DNA of 64,000 bases, from the NCBI RefSeq assembly GCF_006345805.1, contig NW_021833272.1:41562-105561 (forward strand), in the 5' to 3' direction. Below, piece after piece: positions 13,485 to 25,999 of the stretch. The translations under genes were made by a program, and so were the position numbers. The stretch is from Octopus sinensis (lineage: Eukaryota). Each line of letters opens with the position of its first letter. Position 1 is the first letter of the stretch. The notes under the pieces are model-generated. The model was not told the DNA's origin, did no database searches, and was given only the letters and a program-made list of their open reading frames with translations.

Positions 13485-14204
13485 TGTGATATATGTGTGT
13501 GTGTATATTAGACACCACTAATTCAGGATTGTTTGGTTTCTTCGCCTTACTTATGTACTTTTACAATTTTACAATTACTTTCATGTTTTGTAACGAATCT
13601 TTGGCTAGATATTTATGTTGTATCATCAACTACCAGCTAATGTGCTTCGCAATTGTTAATTCTTGTGAAATGGTTGAATTTTTCCTTTAAAGACTTTCTG
13701 ACAGGCTCCAACAAGATAGAGCTTCCGAAAGCTATTTTAACCAATCAGCCTGCGTCTTAGACGCCACACTTTGATTAATGTGATAACATAGTTGACATCA
13801 ACAGCGCTTATTCATAGAAACATTTTAATCAATCAGAGACGGCGGCGGCGGAGGATTTGCCTTGCGGCAGATGCATCTGATTCATTGAAATTCATCTGAT
13901 ATTATAAATAGTTTTCCTGTCTTAAATATTTCTAAATGAAATTTAATTAAAATCCATGCTAATGATATTGCCAATGCTGCTAGTTTTTTTAGTAAAACTG
14001 CTCGAGGCTGGAGAATCCTTTATGAGGAACAAATCATAAAACACACCATCAAATGAAGGAAATGCACATCGAGACCATTCCATTGACAGCCTTTTCAAAT
14101 GCGCACAAAAACAAAATACGAATCTTAAACTATACATTGTTTTCAAATTTTGGCAGAATACCGGCACTTTCCGGTCAAGGTTATGGCGATTCTATCTTCC
14201 TCGC

Positions 14205-14340
14205 TGCTCAAGCGGTACTTATTTTATCGACTCCGAAAGGATGAGAGGCAAAGTCGACGTCGGCAAATTTGAAAGACACACAGAAAGGCGCTAAGCATTT
14301 TAGCCGGCGTGCTATCGATTCTTCCAGCTCGTCATCTTTA
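14205..14340 (-). mobile_element. SINE family A copy
   Basis: Reverse complement matches gagctgg..gaa.cg.tagcacgccgg...aaatgcttagcg...gtcgactttgcct.tcatcctttcgg.gtcgataaaataagtacc. Confidence 0.8.
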
Positions 14341-14959
14341 TAGACCAAACACCACCAAATCACATAAATCTGAACTTGGACGTCTCTAAAACTCTAATAC
14401 AAGTTTTTGCTCGAATTCTAAATATTATAGGGCTTTAGCCGAAGATCATTTGAATGCTACAACATTTTACTGCTAAATACATACAAATACAGATTATCAC
14501 ATTATGAAGAGGCTCTGTAGGCTGGTTTCGAAACAACATATCTCACCACTAATGATGGTGATGGTATTGCCAATTTTTAATCAAACTCCAGCAAATTTTA
14601 TAGTGTATCAAAATTACACAAATCAAAGTTAACACAAAGTGTAGTAAAGGAACAAAGTATTGAAAACTAAAATATTACATCTAATTATTGCAACCAATTA
14701 TTACATCTAATTATTACATCTAAAGAATCAAGAGCTTAGACTTATCATAGCTGCGCCAACAAGGCCGAACCATAACCCACTGTGCACCCATTTAATGAGT
14801 TTCATTTGGGATGTTATTAATTTCATGTTTTATCTACCCAAAACAAGATAAACGAATTCGTTTTTGGTTACATTTTTGTAATCAAATTAATAATTCTGAT
14901 CTACAAAATTATTCGACAAATTATCGGAATAATTTCATTCAAATATTCCCTCGATAAAT

Positions 14960-15710
14960 ATAGAGAGCTGATTTCCTGTTGATTCTCCATAGATTTTATA
15001 TTAGTCGCTGTCATCATTTTCCTTTTGATTAACACTTTATTTTTCCAAGGGGAAAAATAATTATCAAATTAGAGGCACGGCTGTGGGAACCACGTTTGCT
15101 CCCGTATATGCAAAATCGGTAATGGGATTCTTGGAAGAAAATATTTACCGAAAGTAGAGAAAATCTGTGGTGCTGATTTTAGGCAATAGAGGGCGCACGT
15201 AAAAGATATTTTGACGATTGTCTGGAAAAAAATTTGGAAAAAAGCAACAGTTATTTTGGAAGAATTTGGCGTCCTGATCAACATTCTACACCGAGCTCCA
15301 AAGTTCACGAAGAACAAAACAAAATGGTCATTTTGATATATTGGTAGACAAAAATGATACTAAGATCACAACAAAAAAATATTATAAAGACATAGAAACA
15401 CAACAGTAGCTGAATATAAACACATGCCATTCAGCGTATACAAGTTTAATATCTAATAGTATCAAGCCATCATATTTTGTACTGTTGTTGTTGTTGTTAT
15501 TGTAGATGATGTCACAATCACAGAACTCAAAGGGTTTCTATTCAAAAAACAAAGAATGCAGGCCCCGAAGTAGAGAATCACAACAAATACCTATAACGAA
15601 CTTAGATCAAAGAACACAAGAACAGAATATCATACCATATATAGCGTCCCGCATTCCATATCATCAAAGTATTTTTGAGGTCACCATATTAAATTTTCCA
15701 ATGATGAAAT
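14960..15710 (+). mobile_element. Penelope-like element reverse transcriptase remnant (frameshifted)
   Basis: 15057 onward reads QIRGTAVGTTFAPVYAKSVMGFLEENIY (PLE RT motif Q..GTAMGT..AP.YA...MG.LE). Further on, NILHRAPKFT...DILV.KNDTKITT..YYK..ETQQ matches LH..IKFT...FLDI......T..Y.K.T. Confidence 0.8.
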
Positions 15711-15767
15711 AAAGTAAGTTTACTTTATCGAACACTTGTTCAATATATCGTGGCTCTCCGTCGGTTA

Positions 15768-15813
<46 letters not shown>

Positions 15814-15932
15814 GTTGTTGTTGTTGTTGTTGTTGTCGTTGTTGTTATTATTATTATTATTATCATAATTATCATTATATGTATAGAAAACATATTTTTG
15901 CTTATGTATTTATGTATATGTATATATACATA

Positions 15933-15999
<67 letters not shown>

Positions 16000-16004
16000 A
16001 GAAT

Positions 16005-16175
16005 TCACAAAAAAAACAAAAGACGAAGACAGGTGGTGTAGAAAACAAACGGATGTATTAGTATAACGCTCGGGAATTGAAAAAGTCTTTAACGTTTCGA
16101 GTCTACGGTCTTCCACAGAAAGAAACAAGGAGAAAAAAAGAATGTGTGTAGTGGCTACCGATCTATCATGGCGAA
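16005..16175 (-). mobile_element. PLE terminal-repeat fragment with minimal hammerhead motif (16087-16122, stem II mutated)
   Basis: Homologous to 31636-31800, 40290-40450 and 52640-52800, and abuts (TA)n. Confidence 0.7.
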
Positions 16176-16794
16176 TGGAAAAAAGTCAAGGTATATATAT
16201 ATATATATATAAAACAAAGTAAAGTTGTAAGGTACCGCATGAATGGAAATATATATGAAAGAAGGTTTGAAAATGCAATTTTAAAGATGTTTAAGCACAT
16301 GTATATGCACACACACACACAGACGTGCACGTATACACATTAAATTTCAGATACACTATTTGCAAAACAGTCTCTAATAGTTATAGTTACATGCTTCAGA
16401 AATATAACAAATTGGCTGATTTATATAACATTCCGTGTATCTCCAAGCAATCTTTGAAGCTCAGTGCATAGTGATAGATGCATTTCAAAGGTCGGACGCT
16501 GGTCAACGAGAAAACATGAGAAAAAAAACGAGAACGAAAATACGTGAAGAATATTCATACAAAAAATGGAAGGAGAAAAAGAAAAGAAAATAAGAAAACC
16601 CAGATTTTCGTCCTCTTTGCCTGTACGAATATATACCTTACATACATGCAAACGCACATGGTTGATGTTGAAATATTCACTTTGCCGTTTCTCAGAGATT
16701 CTCGCTTAAGTGGTTCAATGTAGACTAGATGCATTACTCTGAGTTTCACAATTAATAACATTTATGTCTTTATCCTCCCATTCTCACTTAGATT

Positions 16795-16895
16795 GGTAAT
16801 CTATAGAAGATACTTGCCAAAGGTGCCATGCAGTGGGACTGAACACGGAACCAGGTGGTTGGGAAGCAAGCTACTTACCACATAGCCACGTCTGC
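16795..16895 (-). mobile_element. SINE family B, 5' tRNA-like head
   Basis: Reverse complement gtggctatgtggtaagtagcttgcttcccaaccacctggttccgtgttcagtcccactgc has A-box-like and B-box-like elements. Confidence 0.85.
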
Positions 16896-16949
16896 AGCTC
16901 AAAGTAATACATAAAAGACATTGTCAAGTTGAACGAGATAACTTTATTG

Positions 16950-17520
16950 CGAAACTATCTGTCTAACGTGTGTACCTCGGATGTCATGATACATAATTGC
17001 AAATTGCCTTAGTAGATAAGAAGAAAAAATGTTTTACAACTAATGTCGTGTAACACACGAGGAAGAGATAACAAATTTTACTCTGGTAGCAATCATTTAC
17101 TTGTTGAATATACATATAATGGACGATATGAATACAGCGGCTAACTTCGTTTGTTAAAATACTAAAATACATCTTGACAGCTCTCATAATACCGAGGAGT
17201 ATGGGTTTTCTATCGTAATTTTCGATAGATACTTTGGTAGCTTACATATTATTAATAAAACAATATTTATTAGACGTCTACACACCACATATTAGCAATC
17301 ACCATGAGACTCTCTCGCCTGTCAACTTTTCATTGAATTATTTGAATAAAGCAGCCGATATATTTTCATCGAGCCGATTTTCTCTGCGCATGTCATATTG
17401 GTTTTGATGTCGTTTGCTGCTTGCGTAATACTTCGAATATTTTGGTATATGGAATAAATAAAGTTTGTCCTGTAATTCGCATAAATCACGATCATAGGAT
17501 AGGACTTCTTTTTCGAACAT
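16950..17520 (-). mobile_element. Possible highly decayed PLE ORF fragment
   Basis: Weak similarity across frames (CAEKIG..., CRRLINI..., AVKMYFSILTNEVSRCIHIV) to the region N-terminal of PLE RT (AEKL..D.R, CRLINP, VI.WF..I.NK..C.FI.FDI). Confidence 0.3.
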
Positions 17521-17532
17521 ACACTCATTATG

Positions 17533-17578
<46 letters not shown>

Positions 17579-17722
17579 AATATATATATATATTAATATA
17601 TATAATCAAAGCAATTAAGATTCAAGTAACTTCCATGAATTTACTTGAATGTGGTACTTAACTTAGATGCACCAGAAAAAACTATATGGTGTTATCCATA
17701 CAGTAATGTGGGGTGATTATAA

Positions 17723-18140
17723 ACGAGAAAGAAGCAACAAGAATGGATTGGTTTTTAGTACAATTGTTTCATACAAAGACAGGCTTTATTACAAGTTGCA
17801 AAAATTGCAGCAGATAAAAGTGTCCCGTACTCATCAGCTAAAATACATTTGAGTTCTCTAGACATCTTACTGGGTGAGGTTATACTCATGAGATATTGGA
17901 GATAGTTCCATTAGAGGCAGATATAGGTTGTAAACAGTTTTCCAAGATATTGGAACTATCTCCAATATCTCATGAGTATAATCTCACCCAGTAAGATGTC
18001 TAGAGAACTCAAATGTATTTTAGCTGATGAGTACAGGACACTTTTATCTGCTTGCCAATTTTTGCAACTTGTAATAAAGCCTGTCTTTGTATGAAACAAT
18101 TGTACTAAAAACCAATCCATTCTTGTTGCTTCTTTCTCGT
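17723..18140. repeat. Long near-perfect inverted repeat (arms 17723-17910 and 17951-18140, 40-nt spacer)
   Basis: Manual alignment found only two substitutions and two single-base indels between the arms. Confidence 0.95.
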
Positions 18141-18736
18141 ATATATTTATATATATATATATATATATATAGGAGAGGAAAAATTATAATAAGGCAGAAT
18201 GCTAAATTGAAAGTAAATTTTAATAAAAATGGGTGTATGAAGAAATTAAGAAAGTAAAAATAATAAATCAAACCAGTTTTTATTGCAAGGCAAATTTTCA
18301 AGATTTGGAAGGGAAATTTTTTTTTAATTGAGGAAAGGGGAAAAAGAAATTTAACATATATATATATAAATGTATGATATATATATATATATAATATATA
18401 TATACGTTAATATCGAACAGTGGGAATCAGTCCTCAACACCGCATTAAGGGATAAATATGATTCATTTTTAGGTTAGCAAGTCTACCAATAGTTTCATGT
18501 GAAACAAAAACCTCTTTACAGTTATACGGTTATCAAATCTACCATGTGGAAACGTTGGTACTTCAAATAGAAACGAGTGCTAACGTTCTCATATGGCTGG
18601 CATGATAATTAAGTACCAGTGAAACACTGGGGTAGATGTAATTGACTCATCCCCTCCCCACCAAAATGGCTGCTCTTGTGGCAAACTTTGAAACCGTTAT
18701 TAATACAGTTGATTGAAGTTACAATCAGTTCTGTAA

Positions 18737-18895
18737 GACGGTGAGCTGGCAGAAACGTGAGCACGCCGGGCGAAATGCTTAGCACATATGGTTATGAGCA
18801 TGTGCCTGGTGTACACTTATCAGACGGGTAGTCATGATGGGTACACTGGTCTTCACATATTTATACCCCAGTGTCACTTTGATGGCATGCACTGC

Positions 18896-18949
<54 letters not shown>

Positions 18950-18950
18950 T
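18737..18950 (+). mobile_element. Chimera: SINE family A head fused to the 3' end of the (TAA)n-tailed element
   Basis: ggtgagctggcagaaacgtgagcacgccgggcgaaatgcttagca joins catatggttatgagcatgtgcctggtgtac...gatggcatgcactgc, followed by (AAT)n. Confidence 0.8.
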
Positions 18951-19019
18951 TCATTTAATAGTAAAATTACAGTCCCAGAAAGTGAGACAATTGGTTTAGT
19001 AAACTAAGACCATGCGGTA

Positions 19020-19684
19020 CAACATCAACAACAATAATATGCGTGATGGTGATGATAAAGATAATGATGATCATGATGATGATGCCGACGATGTTAACGA
19101 TGATGGTGATGATGATTATGATGACAATGATGATTATGATGACAATGATGATGACAACGATGACGATGATTATGATGATGATGATGGTGATAGTCCCAAT
19201 GAAGACACTGATGATGGTGATAATGATAATTGCGATGTTACTGTCGCCATTCCATTATCATCTGCTGCTGCTGCTGTTGGGGCTGTTAGAATAGAATTGC
19301 TGATTAGTTTGGAGCCATAGAGCGGTGCCAGTGCATTCTGGGATAGCTAATTAGTGCAGATAACATTTCTTAGATTAAAATATAATCACTTGGCGTGATT
19401 GTTGTTGTTGTTGCTGTTGCTCTTGCTTTTAATAATACTGCTGTTGCTACCCCAGTGATGATGATGGTGGTGGTGGTGGCGTTGGTGGTGGTGGTGGTGG
19501 TGGTGGTGGTGGCGGCGGCGATGAGGATGTCGACGACGATGACGATGATGATGAGGAAGAGGAGGGAAGCGGATGGTAGTCACGAAGTTGATGAGAGTGG
19601 TGGTGACGTAGATGGCAACGCTTGTTGTAATGATGACGATGGTGATGGTGGTGCTGTTGATGCTGCCGCTGTTGATGGTAATAC

Positions 19685-19722
<38 letters not shown>

Positions 19723-19896
19723 GTCTATAATTGAATTATTGTGTACGAGTGCATTTCAATCTTGGTCTCGTTCTATTAATGTTTCTTCTTCTTGTTAATG
19801 TTGCTGTTGCAATCGTTGCACTTGTTTCTAATGCTTCCGCTACTGTTTTGGGTCTTTCCTTCTGTCTCTGTCTCTCTCCCTCTGTCTGTCTGCCTG

Positions 19897-19931
<35 letters not shown>

Positions 19932-20010
19932 CTCTTTTGTCTCTCTTTTCTCTCTCAGTTGTTGTTATTCTCACCGTCTATTCTTGCTGTTGTTGTTGTT
20001 GTTGTTGATA
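19020..20010. repeat. Decayed (GAT)n/(GGT)n and (CT)n/(GTT)n low-complexity block
   Basis: Read directly from the sequence. Confidence 0.85.
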
Positions 20011-20434
20011 TTTACTCCAAATCATTCTAACCAATTCCCATTGACCACTTCCATCAGGCGAATGTAAGAACCGGCATCAGTTCCACAAATCACTCCCCAA
20101 CCACACCTATTCAACGCATATTCAAAATAACAAATACAAGGCGCCAATAAAACAATTAATAAAATATTTAAATGAAATACGACTAGATTAAGCTTCTTTT
20201 TTCAAAAATCTGATTAAAAAAGCAGGTGGCAATAAAGTATCGTAAATCGGTTGACAATAAAGGAGCTAATAAAACGGTATAAAATTGGATGATAAGAAAA
20301 AGAATTTATAAAAAATATTGAAACGAAAGGAAACAATAACTTTGTATTTCGCACTTGTTGACCCAGAATCTAGAATATTCAGACTTCATATTCGTCATAA
20401 AACAAAACAAAATATATTCCAAAGTGCAGCTTTT

Positions 20435-21680
20435 ATTTAGGCGCAGAAACGTTAGCACGCCGGGCGAAATTCTTAGCAGTATTTCGTGTCGTTACGTTCT
20501 GAGTTCAAATTCCGCAGCGGTCGATTTTGCCTTTCATCCTTTCGGGGTCGATAAATTAAGTACCAGTTACGCACTGGGGTCGAATTAATCGACTTAATCC
20601 GTTTGTCTGTCCTTGTTCGTCCCCTCTGTGTTTAGCCCTTTGTGGGTAGTAAAGAAATAGAAATAGGTATCTCGCCCGTTGCTACGTTCTCAGTTCAAAA
20701 TCCGTCGAGATCAATTTTGCCTTTCATCCTTTCGGGGTCGATAAATTAAGTACCAGTTACGCACTGGGGTCGATATAATCGACTTAATCCGTTTGTCTGT
20801 CCTTGTTCGTCCCCTCTGTGTTTAGCCCTTTGTGCGTAGTAAAGAAATAGAAATAGGTATCTCGCCCGTTGCTACGTTCTCAGTTCAAATTCCGTCGAGA
20901 TCAATTTTGCTTTTCATCCTTTCGTGGTCGATGAATTAAGTACCAGTTGCGTACTGGTGTCTATCCAATCGACTGGCACCCTCCCAAAAAACTTTCCTGC
21001 ATTGTGCCTAGAGTAGAAAAGATTCTTGGAATATTAAAGGCGGCGAGCCAGCAGAAACGTCAGCACGCCGGGCGAAATGCTTAGCGGCATTTCGTCTGCC
21101 GCTACGTTCTGATTTCAAATTCCGCCGAGGTCGACTGAGCCTTTCATCCTTTCGGGGTCGATAAATTAAGTACCAGTTACGAACTGAGGTCGATATAATC
21201 GACTTAATCCGTTTGTCTGTCGTTGTTTGTCCCCTCTATGTTTAGCCCCTTCTTTGGCAATAAAGAAATAAGAAACGTTAGCACGTCGGGCGAAATACTT
21301 AGCGGTATTTTGTCTGTCTTTTTGTTCTGAGGTCGAATTTCGCCGAGTCCGACTTTGCCTTTCATCCTTTCGGACTGGATAAGTAAAGAACCACCTGCGT
21401 ACTGGGGTCGATCTAATCGACTGGCCTCCTCCCTCAAAATTTCGAGCCTTGTACCTAGAGTAGTAACGATTATTTTAAGAGGCAGAAACGTTAGCACGCC
21501 GGGCGAAATGCTTAGCGGTATTTCGTCTGTCTTTACGTTCTGAGGTCGAATTTCGCCGAGTTCGACTTTGCCTTTCATCCTTTCGGTGTGGATAAGTAAA
21601 GTACCACTTGCGTACTGGGGTCGATCTAATCGACTGGCGCCCCCCGCCCAAATTTCGGGCCTTGTGCCTGGTGTAGAAAA
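20435..21680 (+). mobile_element. Head-to-tail cluster of about six SINE family A copies, including a 190-bp tandem duplication
   Basis: Repeated ggcagaaacgttagcacgccgggcgaaatgcttagcgg...gagttcaaattccgccgag...ctttcatcctttcggggtcgataaattaagtaccag. The ctttcatcct motif recurs at 20531, 20721 and 20911. Confidence 0.9.
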
Positions 21681-22043
21681 GAATAAAAAGAATTTATAAA
21701 AAATATTGAAATGAAGGGAAACAATAAGTTTGAATTACGCACTTGCTGACCCAGAATCTAGAATATTCAGACATCATATTCGTCATGAAACGCGGAGCGG
21801 GATTGACTCTGAAACCACGTGCTTACGAAGTGAGCACCTTAACCACATAGAAATTCCTGGACATCAAATCACACTCCGTCATACTATAGTACCATTTAAT
21901 TCAGTGTAGGGACAACCACTGAAAGTGAACTGTTATAGACGGTTCTTCGCATGCTGCAACAAGGTCTCAGTAACTACTGCTATCTTTTACAATAAGATTC
22001 TTTCATGACATATCACCGCTTTTAATATAACAACAAGAACAAA

Positions 22044-22075
<32 letters not shown>

Positions 22076-22754
22076 CAACGACAACAACAACAACAACAAC
22101 AACAATAATAATAATAATAACAATCATTTCATCTCGGATCTTGATTAAAATTGTTGCACTGGATTATTTCACATGTCAAAGTGACGAATGTGAATAAAAA
22201 TGTGATATGCCTTACAGTTTCCGAGTCACGGGGTGATAAAAATTAGGGAAACGTTATATACATGCACACAACTTTATAGAAAGATGAAACATTACATAGA
22301 ATGAACGCAGTCAACATAATATTTCTTTTTATTTTAAACATCTTCAAGAATACGTACAACATGTAATGCATTATACAAAATACTTCTTTGATCTGTTTTT
22401 TTCTTCCTACAACATATTCTCGTAAGAAAATTTTTTCATACCAGATCTTTGTTACAATGTTATTTCCAAGAGATTCTATGCATAAAGAATATAAGTGCTC
22501 TTCAGTCATGGAAGACTGAATTTGTTCTTTTACAAGATAGCTTTGAAAAATTCAATTCTGCTCAACAGCTCGTGATAAGCACTGTGAGGTACAGGTTTAA
22601 GAATAAAACTACAGTATAGCTATTATACGGCTCTAAAGAAGAGTACACTGAGATTAATATACACTAAACTAGATTAAACTAGATTAAATTACACTGCAGT
22701 ATATTCAGAAAACAAGATTGTATTATATTAGTCCGGATAAATTATTTTATATGC

Positions 22755-22915
22755 GGCCATACTGGAGCACCGCCTTAAAAGTTTTTTTTTCTTCAGTCGA
22801 ACAAATCGACCCCAGGACTTATCCTTTGTAAGCCAAGTACTTATTCTATCAGTCTCTTTTGCCTAACCGCTAGATTTCGGGTCGTAAGCACATCAAAATC
22901 GGTTGTCCGGCAATG
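22755..22915 (-). mobile_element. SINE family B, 3' half
   Basis: gcggccatactggagcaccgcc...aaatcgaccccaggacttat...gtacttattctatc matches the full-length copy at 32075-32470. Confidence 0.85.
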
Positions 22916-23384
22916 GTTGTAACAATCACACGCACACACACACACACATACACACACACACACACACACACAACACTCACACACCACACACAGATATATA
23001 CATACATACATATGTGTGTGGGTGTATATATACATAATCTTTTTAGTCAGGGACTAGTAGACCTGACACCATTAGGTAATCGGTGCGCATTCAAAGCAGT
23101 GAACAATAATTTTACGAAACCGGTATGCCTTTGAATCTCTTTAACAATTCACAATAATGACTTTTATTACTTTTATTCATACCTCAATTCATCTAATTGT
23201 ATATATATATATATCATTACTTTTCATAAAAAGCCTTTACTTTGTTTGATTTCCAATGTGCATTTTCGCTTATTTTTCTTCTTACTTTCCCCTTAAAATT
23301 TCCCGTGTAGTTTCTATTTTCGTCTGTAACATATTTTTATTATATATATTTATGTGTGTGTGTGTGTCTACGTATTTTTTTATT

Positions 23385-23525
23385 CTTTTGTTTCAGTCAT
23401 TTGACTGAAGCCACACTGAAGCACCGCCTATAGTCGAACCAATCGACCACAGGGCCTTTTCTTTGCATGCCTAGGTTTCAGGGACTCAAACAAACGATCA
23501 TCGGCTGTCAATCGATGGCGGGGGT
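23385..23525 (-). mobile_element. SINE family B, 3' half (diverged, deleted)
   Basis: tttcagtcatttgactgaagccacactgaagcaccgcctatagtcgaacc. Confidence 0.7.
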
Positions 23526-23572
23526 ACAACCCACCACACACGTATATATATATATACAATTGCACCATGGGC

Positions 23573-23806
23573 GGTGATTATAAGCCATTTAAGAAACACG
23601 CAAAAACCGTCATATTCACTTCAACATTTAAATTTGATTTGCCAAAACATTTTCGTCGCTTTGAAGCTGCGACCTGTTCACTGACAAAATGCAGCGCGGA
23701 ATTTTGTCAGTGTCTCAAAGCGACGAAAATATTTTGGCAAATTAAATTTAAATGTTGAAGTGAATCTAACGGTTTTTGTGTGTTTCTTAAATGGCTTATA
23801 AACACC
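23573..23806. mobile_element. Foldback/MITE-like palindromic element (arms 23573-23690 and 23701-23806, 10-nt loop)
   Basis: ggtgattataagccatttaagaaacac...ctgacaaaat is the reverse complement of attttgtcag...gtgtttcttaaatggcttataaacacc, with a few mismatches and one ~12-nt indel. Confidence 0.9.
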
Positions 23807-23881
23807 TTCCACGCTGCAATTGTTTTCGTTCCAACACACGATCTCAGATCAGATCACTTGCTATGCAAGTACATCTCTATA

Positions 23882-23917
<36 letters not shown>

Positions 23918-23935
23918 CTATATATATATATATAT

Positions 23936-24009
<74 letters not shown>

Positions 24010-24125
24010 TATAAATATATATATATACATATATACATATATTATGTATATATATATTTGTATGTATATGTATATATATATATATTCATATATATATAGA
24101 TATATATATATATATATATATATAT

Positions 24126-24285
24126 GACGGGCTCATTTCAATTTCCGTCAACCAAATTCACTCACAAGGCTTTGATCGGCCCGAGGCTATAGTAGACGCA
24201 ATAGCCCAAAGTTCCACGCAGTGGATCTGAACCCGGAACCATGTGAGTGGGAAACAATCTTCTTACCACACAGCCATGCCTCCGC
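24126..24285 (-). mobile_element. SINE family B, 5' half
   Basis: gacgggctcatttcaatttccgtc...ctgaacccggaaccatgtgagtgggaaacaatcttcttaccacacagccat. Confidence 0.85.
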
Positions 24286-24479
24286 CTATTTGCATCTTAT
24301 CATTTGCATCTTATCATCCAGATATCGGAAGATGGAGATTATAAAATTACTACACAACAACTACAACAGAACAACAACAACACCAGCAAAAATAATAACC
24401 ACAAACACAACAATTACGAAAGCTATAAAATAGATTCTTTAGCAGGAACCACAGCCGCAACCACAAGAAGAAGAACAAC

Positions 24480-25301
24480 AACATAGGCAAATGAAAATGA
24501 AAAACAAAATGAAGAGCGGCAGCGATTCCACATTAATGGCAACAACAATCATCATCACCATAATCGTCATCGCCGTCGTCGCCGTCACCGCCGTCATAAC
24601 CATCATCATCACTGTCATCATTATCATCGTCATTACATTCCCCATCGCCATCATCGTCGACATCATCATCATCATAATCATCATCCTCATCATCATCATC
24701 ATCATCACTGTCATTGTCATCATCACCACCACCACCGCCACTACTACCACCATCAGCAGCAACACCACCGACGCCGCCACCACCACTACCACTAACACCA
24801 CCCTCTGCCTCACCCTCACTACTGCCATCAAACACCACCACCACACAACCACCTCCACCACCACCACCACCACCACCACCACCACCACCTCCACTACCCC
24901 CAACCTCACTACCGCCATCAACATCATTATCGTTATAAACAAAACAACAATAGCAGCAGCAACAACAACAACAACAACAACAACGACATCGATAACAATA
25001 ACAGCCTCAACATTAACAACAGCAACATTAATAAAATCACAACCAGGGGACGAGGGCTTCCTAACGAGAATCCTTCCCGAATTGCTAAATCAATAATCTA
25101 TTTGGTATCTTGCTCATTTGCATAATATATTGGATGGGGCTGGTGGTAAGGGGATGTGTAGGGGAGTGGTGGTAGTCGGGGGGGGGGCGCAAAAGAGGGA
25201 ACGTAAAGGAAAAGGAGTGGTGGCGGTGGAGGGGAAGGAGATGATAAGAAAATCACAAACATAGATATGGAGATACAAAGGAATGTATGTGTGTCTGTCT
25301 C

Positions 25302-25360
<59 letters not shown>

Positions 25361-25544
25361 CTATTCATGTATGTATATATGTATGTATGTATGTATGTAA
25401 CTATCTATCTATCAATCGATCGATCGATCTATCTGTCCATGTATCTATGTACGTATGTATGCATATATATATGTATCTATCTATTTTTGTATCTATCTGT
25501 CTGTCTGTCCCTCTATGTATGTATGTATGTATTTATTTATCTAT

Positions 25545-25615
<71 letters not shown>

Positions 25616-25800
25616 CCAGTCTATCTATCTATCTATCTATCTCTCTATCCCACTATGTATGTATGTATGTATGTATGATAAAACTTACTTGGAAAAGGAT
25701 GCATGGCGTTCGATCATATAATAATATAAATAATATATAAATATATGCATATATACATACATATATGTACATACCTACATTTATATGTATATATACATGC
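24480..25800. repeat. (CAT)n/(CAC)n/(CAA)n and (CT)n/(TA)n/(TATC)n/(TATG)n blocks
   Basis: Read directly from the sequence. Confidence 0.9.
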
Positions 25801-25999
25801 ATATATGGGTACAGGACATCAAAAACACGTTGAACACAGAGGGGACAAAATATTTTTTTCGAAAGAAAAATAAAATAGAAAAATAAGGGAGGAGAAAATA
25901 AATTTCTGATCAAAAGGGATGGTGTAAAAAAAAATAAAAAGCGATCAAAAGGGATCGTGTATCACAGAAACTATCTAAAATATCAAAAGCAAGATTAGG

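Noticed and set aside
14503-14545. Hammerhead-like string atgaagaggc...ttcgaaac upstream of the PLE RT remnant
   Set aside because: C3 is missing and stems I and II cannot be formed.
18025-18045. CTGATGA inside the right arm of the long inverted repeat
   Set aside because: No stem II or downstream GAAA, so not a hammerhead.
20435-21680. Repeat-spacer-like appearance suggesting a CRISPR array (also 44931-45060)
   Set aside because: The units are tandem SINE bodies or a minisatellite with no unique spacers; the context is eukaryotic and no cas genes are present.
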